Shown in pieces: positions 37,301 to 47,500 of a DNA stretch of 64,000 nt (the first letter of the stretch is position 1; every line of letters begins with the position of its first letter). This stretch comes from Obrimoposthia wandeli (Eukaryota), in assembly GCA_977020255.1 (NCBI GenBank), contig CDROCS010003621.1, forward strand, positions 372,001 to 436,000. Reading direction: 5' to 3'. Below the pieces are notes generated by a model. That model was given only the letters and a program-made list of their open reading frames with translations, was not told the origin of the DNA and ran no database searches. The position numbers were made by a program, and so were the translations under genes.

Positions 37301-38950
37301 TTTGTTAGAACAAAGCTAACATCGTGAATTCTAACTAGAGTCCATCCACTACTTAACTCGCTATAATTAGCAATTTTTTCATCCAGGTTTCTTCCAATTT
37401 CAGTTACAAAATTATCATAAAAAACAGTTGCTTTATGTGAAATTACCCAAGTTTTAGTTTCCTCATTGACATTTTTAAACTGCACTGTTGCGCAAAATTG
37501 AACCTTAGCCTGTCCTAATTTAGTCACTTCTGATTTTAAAAGATTTTCAATATTTGAATCTACACCTACGTTTAATAAAATTTCATTTCCTAATGGCACC
37601 TTAACTATAACATATTTATTATTTAGGTGATACTCTATAGTAGCACCGTTTTCTCTACGTTTTTTGGGTGGGACCTTATTAAGAAATTGGCCTCGCGTCT
37701 TTCTTCCGTTTGTCGCTGACAAACCTCCCCCTAATTGAACAGGAAGACAACTATTTATATTAATAGTTGAGACAATCGCAGCTGAGGTTGAAGGTGCTGC
37801 TATTGGTGATGCTGCCGATGTTGAGGCAATTGCAGCTGATGTGGAAGGTGCTGCTATTGTTGATGCTGCCGATGTTGAGGCAATCGTAGCTAATGTTGAA
37901 GGGGCTACTGTAGCAGGTGCTACCGATGTTGAGGCAATTGCAGCTCGTGTTGTAGGTGAGGCAACTAATGTTGGTTTCGCAGATGATGCGCTTGTAGACG
38001 CACTGGTCACTAGATCATCAGTAGCTGATGTCATTGAAGCGACTGTTGTGGACGTCGATGATGCATGTGCTGAAATTAATATATTAAAAAAAAAATATTA
38101 AAAAAAAAAAACCTCTAAGGCGTGCTAACATCGATGTAGGCACTCGAGATGGGGGAGACATAGCTGTCCTATCAGATGACGGCTGTATCATGGTACTTCC
38201 TGAATAAAAAAAATATATATATATATATAATAAAAAATAAAATATATAATTTTAAAAAATAATAATAAAAAATACCTAATGAAGGCAATCCAAGTTGAGC
38301 TGGAATGTAGTCCTCTTCATTGATGGAATCCATCCAGCTGTCGTCCGTTGACTCGACGAAATCGGATTCCTCGATGGTTTCCAACCAATAGTTATCGCTC
38401 CACTGAGGCTGCTCTATCTCGAAATCTGACTGGGTGATATTTTCCATCCAGTCATTGTTTGAGAATTGGGTTGCTGGTGCCAACTCCTCAAAATCTTCTT
38501 CGGAGATCTCGTTCATCCACTCATTGTTAGACATTTGAGTGGATGAGGCAGCAGCAGAATCAGGAGCCGGGAGAGAAGGACCAATGGCAGGACCATAAAC
38601 TGGTAGACTGACTGCCACTGGAATTGGAGCAGGAGCTGGAGCGGCCTGCGAATCGCGCACCAATTGCACGATATCCCTCTTCTTGTTGTTGGCCGTGAAA
38701 CACGATAGGTGAGCTCGATGTTCACCGAAGAAGTCTCGAAACTCCTTCTCCTCCATTGTTCTGCAGAATGGGCAGACGAAGAAGTGAAGCCCGCGAGACT
38801 TTGTCCGATAGTAGGCGGACATTGTCTCCATGCAGGACTCTCCTCCATGCGGAGCCGAAGCACCACAATATGCTGGAAACAGGATACAAGTAATCTGAAA
38901 TAATAAATATTAATAAGGAAATAATAAATATAAATTCTTACCATAGGCAT
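34348..38950 (-). CDS. Protein-primed DNA polymerase B with long spliced N-terminal extension; join(38950-38942,38894-38276,38199-38113,38069-34348); one in-frame TAA at 37048-37050
   Basis: YADFES, RDHDH.TG, FHNLKGYDLH, YIDINNLYG, KLKSNSLFGK and GDTDS motifs. Three GT-AG introns (47, 76 and 43 nt) join all frames into 4437 nt. F*HLNKLSINVF corresponds to the usual FE..N.ISINVF. Confidence 0.9.
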
Positions 38951-39181
38951 TATTTCAAATTGTCGGGGATTTAAATGAAGAAGGTGTTTGCTTATATACT
39001 AAAATTTATGCACACATGCTCTTTTCCTATTGGATTAAAAAATTGAATTTATTCCTCCACTGAGAAGGATTGTTTATCTGTTATTGGTTAAAAAAAATAT
39101 TTTTTATTCCTCCAATCAAAAGGCTTATTTGTAAATAATTGTAAAATTTTAATAATGAATTTCTCTAATTAGAAGAATTGT

Positions 39182-39670
39182 TTATCTACATGTCAAGTAA
39201 TAATAAGAAAGACTTAAACATTTTTTATATGCGCAATGGTCACCATGATTACGATATGGACAGCAAATATTTCGTGGAATTTTTAATAGATGATCACGCG
39301 AAATATTTAAAGTATTCAACCTCAATTTAGGAAAATATTTTTTTAAAGTCTTATATTTTTTGCCATCCATTTCATCTAAAACATAAAAAATTCCATTTTC
39401 AATATCAAAATTAGATGTTATTGTATCGAAAATACATATTTCACAAAAAGCCTTATGCCCATCTTTCCATTTTAATAAATGAAAGTAATTAGTTAGATAT
39501 AAATTAGTAAATTTTTTCTTATAATCTAAATTTTTAAACTGGATATCTATTTGAAATATGAAATGCAAAGGATGAAAAACGTCGCATACATCCATAATAC
39601 ATAATTCTTTTATAATATAATCACCATTTTTGTTAATGAAAGCCTCAAAATCTATGATATATTCCTGCAT
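39182..39670 (-). CDS. DEDD/DnaQ-fold (MAEL-like) Polinton accessory protein
   Basis: IDFEAF...YIIKEL N-terminal motif, H.L.W.DG centre, C-terminal CPYRNHGDHCA Cys/His cluster. Confidence 0.55.
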   Translation of the reverse strand: MQEYIIDFEAFINKNGDYIIKELCIMDVCDVFHPLHFIFQIDIQFKNLDYKKKFTNLYLTNYFHLLKWKDGHKAFCEICIFDTITSNFDIENGIFYVLDEMDGKKYKTLKKYFPKLRLNTLNISRDHLLKIPRNICCPYRNHGDHCAYKKCLSLSYYYLTCR

Positions 39671-39987
39671 AATTATCTAAATTTGTATCAAATCCCGTTG
39701 TTTATAACGAAAAAAATTATTAAAATAACAAAGTACTTTCATGATAAGATTGGTAAAAATTGTCAATTATCCTAAGAATATTAAAATAAATTATATTAAA
39801 AGTTTTTTTATATTCTTCCATTAAATCTGGAGATAATTTTATGTATAATTTATTTCAAATTTTATTATCCATTTTACAAAAACATTATATATAAATTTGT
39901 TTATTTTTAGTATGCTTATGTAAAATATTTAGACAATTATGTAAAATATTTAGACAATTATATAACCTAATCAATAAAGACGAAAAA

Positions 39988-40314
39988 TTAATCAAAAAAT
40001 TTACCTAATTTACCCTCTTCCGGTTTAATCTGGAGGATCCTTTTTCTTGCTGCTCGCCGAACATCCTCCATCTCTTCTCTTTTTTTTTCATCCACCTTCC
40101 TTTTTTCCAATTCGATCTTCTTGTTCCACTCCACGACCCGACGTCGTTCTGCTAGCCGCCTGTCCTGAATCTCCACCCGACGATTCCACTCGGTCGCGAC
40201 AGCAGTATACAAATTCTGGTTGAGGATCCTCTTTCGTAAGTCTCCTTTCTTCTCATTTATTCTTATGTTTGCCTCGATCTTCGTCACCAAACTTTGCAAT
40301 TTAATGAATTCCAT
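39988..40314 (-). CDS. Charged coiled-coil protein, unknown function
   Basis: 108-aa ORF with TATA box upstream; degraded homolog at 50640-50920 (ILN.NLY..VA). Confidence 0.6.
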   Translation of the reverse strand: MEFIKLQSLVTKIEANIRINEKKGDLRKRILNQNLYTAVATEWNRRVEIQDRRLAERRRVVEWNKKIELEKRKVDEKKREEMEDVRRAARKRILQIKPEEGKLGKFFD

Positions 40315-40564
40315 TTTTTAATTATGAAGATGTTAATAAATTTGAACCTATATATATAAATTTAAGATATTTTTTAATACAATTAAATGAAAGTTTAATA
40401 AATCTATAACTAATCATTGCATTTATTTTTAAACCTAAAAATTTTTCAATGATTCCTTATTTATCCAATCACAGGTGAATAAATTATTATTTTTTTTTCA
40501 TGTTGATCTTTTAATAAACTTAAAGATGAGATTTAAATAAATAATAACAATAAAACATATGAAA

Positions 40565-42669
40565 CTAATGTTTATAAATTATATTTTTAAACATCTTTAC
40601 GAAGTCATCATTGGGATCATCCGGGTCGTAATCCCTCCGACAAAGTTTTATAGGAGAAAGCGGTACTGGTTCCTTCTTCTTTGGCCGGCTCAGTTTCTTT
40701 TTCGGCTTCACCGGTTGCTTTGTAACAATTGTCCTTCCCTCGGGTTTTGGCAATAGTTGCCGCAACGTTTTGGGAGGAGGTGCTGCCGATGTTGATTTCC
40801 CCGACATTGAAGCAGTAGCCTTCCTCTTTCGCGGAGCTTTCTTCTGTTTCTCCTCCTTCTCACGCTGAAGCTGGCGTGAGACGGCATCCTGTTGCCCACG
40901 CGAATCTGGAAGCATTGCCGGTGTATCCAGTTCCGCCCGGAATTCGTCCAAACCAGCTTCATCCCAGGCTCTCTTTAAGTTCTGGCTGGTTGTTGGACGA
41001 GAAGAAGCAGTCTCATGCAGACGTGGTTGACTCGAGGGCGGACTTATCTCGATCGGCGAGACTGGGATCCTCTCGTATAAAATTGGACCGTCGTCCACAG
41101 GAGATGGGAGAATCTCCTGCTGGCCAATCACCGCCTCAGAATAATGGCCAATTGAGGTGCGAATTTTTCTCGAGCGCTTCGTCTTTTTCACCTCTGCCCG
41201 CTTTGTCCTTTTCTTAGGGAAAGGAGTAACTTCTCCCCAAGTCTCCTCAATTATCCGGACAGGTTCCTGCAGAAAAACATTAATAAAATTTCAAATAAAT
41301 TTTATTTAATTAAAAAAATATTTAAAATACCAAAAAATTACCTCAATACTTGTATACGGAAGTTTTTCCTGCCGCTCAATCGTTACTTCGCTCGATTTGA
41401 GCAGACAGGATTTCGCCTTTCTAAGACGCCTCGTCTTCCGTACAGCAGCCTGCCTCGTTCGCTTCTGCGGGAAAGGAGAAATTTTGGCCCATGTCTCCTC
41501 AGTTAATTGTATTGGTTCCTGCAACAAAAAACATTAATAAAATTTAAACATATAAATAATTTACCTCGATGACGGGCAGATTAGCCTGTTTCACCAACTT
41601 GGCCTTCTTCCGATGGACCGTATTGGTTTTGACCCGATGGCATCGAGGTTTCTTAATCGCCGCTTGCTTCCTATCGACGGGTAGTCTCCGAGTTGCCTCC
41701 TCCCAAATTTCCTCCACCAATTCGGCTTCCTATTTGAATAATTAAATAAATTTACTAATTTATAATAATATACCTCAATTTTATCCGGAGTCGGTTGGTA
41801 TCTCTGCTCACTCCTGGGATCATCCTGGCTACATTGACTCGCCAAGTACTGCGGTTCAATCAGCCTCTCAATCGTGGTCACTGACGGTGCCAAATCCAGT
41901 TGCAGTTTCTGAAAATAAAATTAAAAAACATTTTAAATAAATGATGTCTAACCTCATTCGTCGCCTTTATTCTCCTAACAGGACGTATCGGAGATTGTGG
42001 CCTTCTGAATGGATCAGGCAGTGCATTGTCGGGTATCGGAGTCGGATTTGTAGAGGGAGTGATACCATCCCATTCGTCGGTGAACAGATGCCACTCATCT
42101 TCATCCAATTCTGCAACCATGGACTCGTTGGCTCCTGGGGCTCCGATACTTGGCTGTATCCATTCCTCCTCCCCATCCGACGGAACGTCATCAGTAAACA
42201 GCTCCTCGTCTGAGTATGGTGCCAGTATTATCTCCGGTTGAGACAGCGGGATCAATTTCCATGGGCATTTGATTGCCGCCTCAAAATTGTCGAAGAGATT
42301 GGATCTCCTTGCTGCTACTGCTGAAGTTGCCGGACGACTGGCTTCTGTGTTCAGCCTGGGAGTACAGTCTTCCCAATTCTCTATCGAATCCTGACTAGTC
42401 AGATCGATATATTGGGATCTCTGTACCCCACATCGCACGCTCATTGGTTCTTCTCTTGGAGTTGAGCTGGCCAATGGTGCTTCTTCTTGTAACAGCTCCG
42501 CTCTTGCTGCTGCTTCTCCTTCGTCTCCTTCGCTCACCACCGACGAGTCTTGACTAAGTAAGTCAATGTACTGCGCCTGAGGTGGCGTTCGCTGCTGTAC
42601 TGGAGATAGATCCCCATACAGCTGAACCTCCGTCTCTTCGTCTAGGTCAACGTTGTTGTAGAATGGCAT
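40565..42669 (-). CDS. 631-aa acidic/basic disordered protein with SIM-like motifs; join(42669-41953,41908-41774,41729-41565,41518-41342,41266-40565)
   Basis: Four phase-0 GT-AG introns (44, 44, 46 and 75 nt); every exon length is a multiple of 3; no internal stops; QYIDLLSQDS and QYIDLTSQDS motifs; TATA box at ~42716-42724 (minus). Confidence 0.85.
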
Positions 42670-43080
42670 TCTTGATTTTGATTTTGATTTATGAAAAATA
42701 ATGAAAAGAGGTTTCCTTATATACAATAAACAATAGACTAGCCCTCTTTTGTCCTCCAATGAGAGCGGGTTATTCAAATAATTTATTTGAAAATCAGTAG
42801 GATTTTCTCAATTTTTTAACTATGTTTGAATGCTGGAATGTCATTGGATAAAACATATTTTATTCGAAAATATAACTATTTTATTCGAAAATATAACTAT
42901 TTTCTTAAGATTTTGTTGATTAAGTTTAACGTCCAATGAAAACGTATTATTCAAAAAATTTATGGTATTTTCTTAAATGTTGTTGATGTTTGAATACATG
43001 TATATCTTTGGATTTAAAATAGTAATATTTTCTTGACTGTACATGTTTGGATGGTATAAAAAAATTCATGAACTCATTTA

Positions 43081-43211
43081 AGGTCAAGTTAAGGTCATGA
43101 CCTTATGAGGTCATTACAGGCCATCATGAGGTCAAGGTCATTTAAGGTCATTATGAGGTCAAGGGTACAAAGTTGTCTAGGTCATCATGAGGTCAATATC
43201 ATTTAAGGTCA
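43081..43211. promoter_or_regulatory. Array of ten AGGTCA nuclear-receptor-type half-sites
   Basis: AGGTCA at 43081, 43092, 43108, 43129, 43135, 43145, 43156, 43179, 43190 and 43206; palindrome AGGTCATGACCT at 43092-43103. Confidence 0.75.
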
Positions 43212-43376
43212 TGATGACTAATTTTGATGACTCACCAAATAAAAATGAAAATTATTTCGAATTTATGTAGTTGATTATTTAAAATTTTTTGCGATATGTG
43301 TCTTTCTTATAAATTCTTATAAATTTTTTTTACGACCTTGTATATATGTATGGATATAAATTCTTATAAGGAAAAT

Positions 43377-43456
43377 TTTTTCGCGCCCGCAGGGCGTGAA
43401 AATATTTTCTCGCGTATAATTTTTCGCGCCCACCGTTCGCGAATTTTTTTTCTCGC
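43377..43456. promoter_or_regulatory. Cluster of E2F-type sites
   Basis: TTTCGCGC at 43379 and 43422, plus GGCGTGAAAA, TTTCTCGCG and TTCGCGAA variants in an otherwise CpG-poor background. Confidence 0.6.
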
Positions 43457-43639
43457 AAGCCTGTATGTATTACTCGTTGATCCACCGCGGGCCCGGAGGG
43501 CACGCTTTGGCCAATTTGACGGCCTCTCAGGACCTTAATCAAAATTTAGGGAGCATTATGAGATTTTTAAATTTAAAGGGTGTTATGGAGTTAATTATTT
43601 TTTTGAGTGTTTGGGAGGGGGGGGTAGAAATATTTTCTA

Positions 43640-43733
43640 CACACCTACACGAAATTTCACTCCACACACATGCACGGTTTTAAAGGACAAGGGGGAGGGG
43701 GTGTGTGGATTAGACCGGACACATCCACCTACT
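43640..43733. repeat. Right TIR of the Maverick
   Basis: Reverse complement of 26047-~26141 with a few mismatches and indels. Confidence 0.95.
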
Positions 43734-44550
43734 CCCATTGGTACTGTTCTGGTGTCATTCTGGGACAAGAAAAAGAAACCTGTGTTAGTGATTGACAGCT
43801 TTGTCAGAGTTGGGGAAGTCGATCCCGTTTCCAACAAAGCTACATCCATTATGCATTTAAACAAAAACCAAGTCGAGAGTAGACGTTATGGATAAAATGG
43901 TGCGTCATTATTCCACAAAGAGGAAATGCTGATGTTGGCCTGTATCTTTATTTTTCCATCTGCTAGATGTCAAATTGGTAAACTCTTTTCGGTTGATGGC
44001 TCAATTTTTCAACATTGATGCAGAGCAGAGGAAGACTTATCATTCAGAATTCATGCTGGATGTTGTATACGGTTTAGTGAAAGATTTGGCAGAGCACAGA
44101 GCAACAACGTACAGAAACGCCCCCTAAAAGGTCAAAATAGCCTGGTAGTTGTGTGACTATGATGCGGCACAACAGCCAAGGGAAAATGAACAAGACTGTA
44201 TTGCAATAAAACGTCAATGTGCTCCATGCTACGTGGAAATCGAAAGGATAGAAAAACGTCTCACAACTGCAACTAGAATCTTAAATTTAATTGAACTGTG
44301 AACTGAACATTTTGTAAATCTTTTGAAGTATTTGATCATGTATATAAAAGATTGTTGTGTTCGTTGACGTTTTTGAAAATTCCTTTACATTAGTTAAGTA
44401 CTTTAATTAATTGTTTTCCTATATATACACTTTATATAATAAATCATTTTCTATTTAACCTAAAATTAAACAGGTTATAGTTGATTTTAATATGTTATAA
44501 TCAATGGGTCTCAGAGTTAACATAACACAGTTAACGCTTAGAATGTTATG
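43734..44550 (+). mobile_element. piggyBac remnant, 3' part
   Basis: PIGTVLVSFWDKKKKPVLVIDS continues the frame of KFYYEPI across the TSD; VDVMDKMVRHYSTKR and WPVSLFFHLLDV match piggyBac GVD.LDQM...Y...R.T.RWP. Confidence 0.85.
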
Positions 44551-47500
44551 TCATAAGATGCTGATAATAATATCATTTGCGGTAAATTTTACGAACAAAT
44601 AAACTTAACGTTTTCCGTTTTCAAAAAAGATTAAAATTTAAGGGTACTTTATTAAGACTTTGTTAAATGACATGGTTATTCAGAACCTACTTGGATATCA
44701 GAATCTAATCTAATATGAAATCTTTGTTATGGTTTTACCTAGTACGGATGCCCAAAAAGTCATCTGGATAACGAGGCTAGTAGCTTTATTATAGATTGGG
44801 AAAATCCTATAAATCTAGAAAGAGAATGTGAAGCAGCTTTAACATAATTTTTTATTTTTTATTATTCTCCAATTTCTATCAGAAAAAACTCTTATATTTC
44901 GTTTACAAAAGAAATGAAGTATCATGAAGCAAATAATCTTGAGATTGGGTTTGACAGTAAAGGAAAATTTTATTTCAAATGTATAATAATATATTTTGAT
45001 ATGAAGGTATTCACTGATTTGGCAACATCTAGTTTGAAATAATTGTGAATAGACATAAGAATGAAGTAAGAATAAAAAAATTATATTTTATATAATATAC
45101 TGCTAAAATTTAATTGGATACTGATTAACCAAGACAATGAGTCACAAAGATACTAACTAACAAAGACCTTTTATCATAAATAATAAAATAAAGGTTACAC
45201 ATCTTTAAGATAATGATTAAAAATAGGCATTTGTTTAAGCATAGTTTCACTAAGAGAAGCAATATAACGTTTAATTTTAACAAAATTGGAAGCAACAGAA
45301 TCACCTTTTAAAAGAGATAAAGTGCAATAACAATGCAAAAAGCATTTAAACTACCCTAATGACAGCATATTAAAACCTTGCCACCATTTTTGATAGAAGT
45401 GCATTTCAATTTTTTTATAAGAAATTTTATCAGTATGTGAATGTTTCCAGTCGAATCCACCTCCCCCTAGGAGGTGAGAGGGTACCTTTGACCTTAAGTA
45501 AACAGGAATCCATATTTACCCCATCACTTTAACTTGTCGTAGATTAGATTTTAGATGATAATTTTTATGAATAAATGACTACATTTTTATGGTTGTTAGA
45601 AGGATAAAAATATGTGGGTCAGACTTATATATTTTTAAGCAACAAAAATAAAAAACAAAATTAATTTCACTACATTTATTAAAAAAATCAAATATAAGAC
45701 ACTTTATTAGCTTCACTCGAAGTCCAAAGAGGTTGTATTTTTCATCGGTATCAGTATAATATCCATTAAACCGTTTTGAAATATTCCATTTTTCTTTATC
45801 TAAAATTGGAGCAATCAAATAACCTAGGTCATTGTTATTGAAATTCGAATTAAATATTTATTTCGACTTTTGATATTTTTACATGATTCCTAACTCATAT
45901 AATTTGATGCCTCTTTAATATATTACATGGGTTTCCTTTTGAAATTCTTTCCAGATAATAAAAATTTCCTACATAGCTCGAAAGAGAATCCATTCTAAAA
46001 TAAAGAAACTGATTAAAAAACATTGTTTATAAAAATATATATATTCAGACAAGATACAAATATTATGAAATAAAAAATTAAAACTGATCACAATTTATCA
46101 CGTACAGGAATATACAAATAAAATAAATATGGTAAAATATAAAGTAACATAGAGGAAAAGAAATAATAAAGGATATGAACACTTTAAATTTTCCACATAT
46201 ATAGATTGTTCCAATTACATTATTTTTATGACCATAGAGCCGAAATTTTACAACTCATTGTTTCATTTTCAGAAACGCGTCAACATCCATTTTTCTTTAC
46301 ATTCATTTAAAAATGCTGAATCAGCTCCTCGGATATAAATTTTGTTCTTATTGAATATAAAACTTCGAACTGCTTTTTCCACTTTCTATTTAAGATATTG
46401 ATGATCTGTTCTTTGAATAGTTGATAGATAAAAGCTAAAGTTTCTTCTTTTAATTGTCACAGGATTTACTAAAGCAAGAACCTGACTTTGTTCATAAACA
46501 GTATTAAAAATGTTTTTTTTTAAATTATGAAAGTACATAGAGAATGAAAAGCGGCTTTAAAATAATTTTCTTTTATTATTCTCCAAATACTATTAGAAAA
46601 ATCTCATATATTTCGTTTACAAAATAAATGAAGTATGATGAAGCAAATAATGTTGTGATTGGGTTTGATAGTGAAGGAAAATTATATTTCAATTGTATAA
46701 ATAAAAAAGTGAAAGTAGTATATGAAAATAACAAAGTAATATTTAAAAATCGATTATAATTTATTCAATTGACATTCAAATCTAAAAAAGAAGCTGTTCA
46801 ATACGACTTTGATAGCGAACATGCAGTGGGTAATAAAAAACAAGTTATTGTCTAATCTAAATCAGTTAGAAATGTTCCAGGTAGAATCGCAAAACTGTTG
46901 TTAGTTGAAACTAGAACTAAAGATTTACTGGAACTGAAAACGTTTTCAAAATATTATAAAATAGATAATGAAGTGAATTTATCTAAATTTTTATTGAAGG
47001 AATTCAGTTAATATTTGGATAAATGTGTAACATTAAAAATAGAAAGTTGATGTTTACAGTAAAGAGCAATATAAAACGGGCCTTCTTTGATGATAAACTC
47101 GCCAAAAGCCTTGGTTTAACAAGAAATACCTGTGAAACACATGCAGTAAATACCATTAAAGCTAAAAATCAGCTAAATCTTCTAAATGCTATTAATCAGT
47201 TATATATTTATACTAGTTTAATAGAACCAACGCTTGTAGTGGGATTGCGAGAACCACGTTTGAGAACAATATGGATATCTCAAAGTCAAACTAAAATTGG
47301 GAAAGTTATCGGTATTCGTAGAGATCAACAGATGTATCTTCCAGTTGCTCTCTCATCTTTAAACAATATTGAAGTCAATATTACAGATGATTTCGAACAA
47401 TTAATAGATTTCACATACGGAGCCAAGACAAGTTTAACAAAACATTTAAGAAAATGAAATGGCGAATCCGACAATAATTGAAGCTTAAAGTCAAAGCCAA

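Larger units (their letters stand above)
26047..43733. mobile_element. Maverick/Polinton (adintovirus-like endogenous dsDNA virus), near complete
   Basis: ~95-bp TIRs starting AG(A/T)AGGTGG; 6-bp TSD CCCATT at 26041-26046 and 43734-43739; ATPase, integrase, minor and major capsid, protease and pPolB genes. Confidence 0.97.

Noticed and set aside
26047-43733. LxCxE retinoblastoma-binding oncoprotein-like motif
   Set aside because: None found in the translated accessory proteins, despite the E2F sites.
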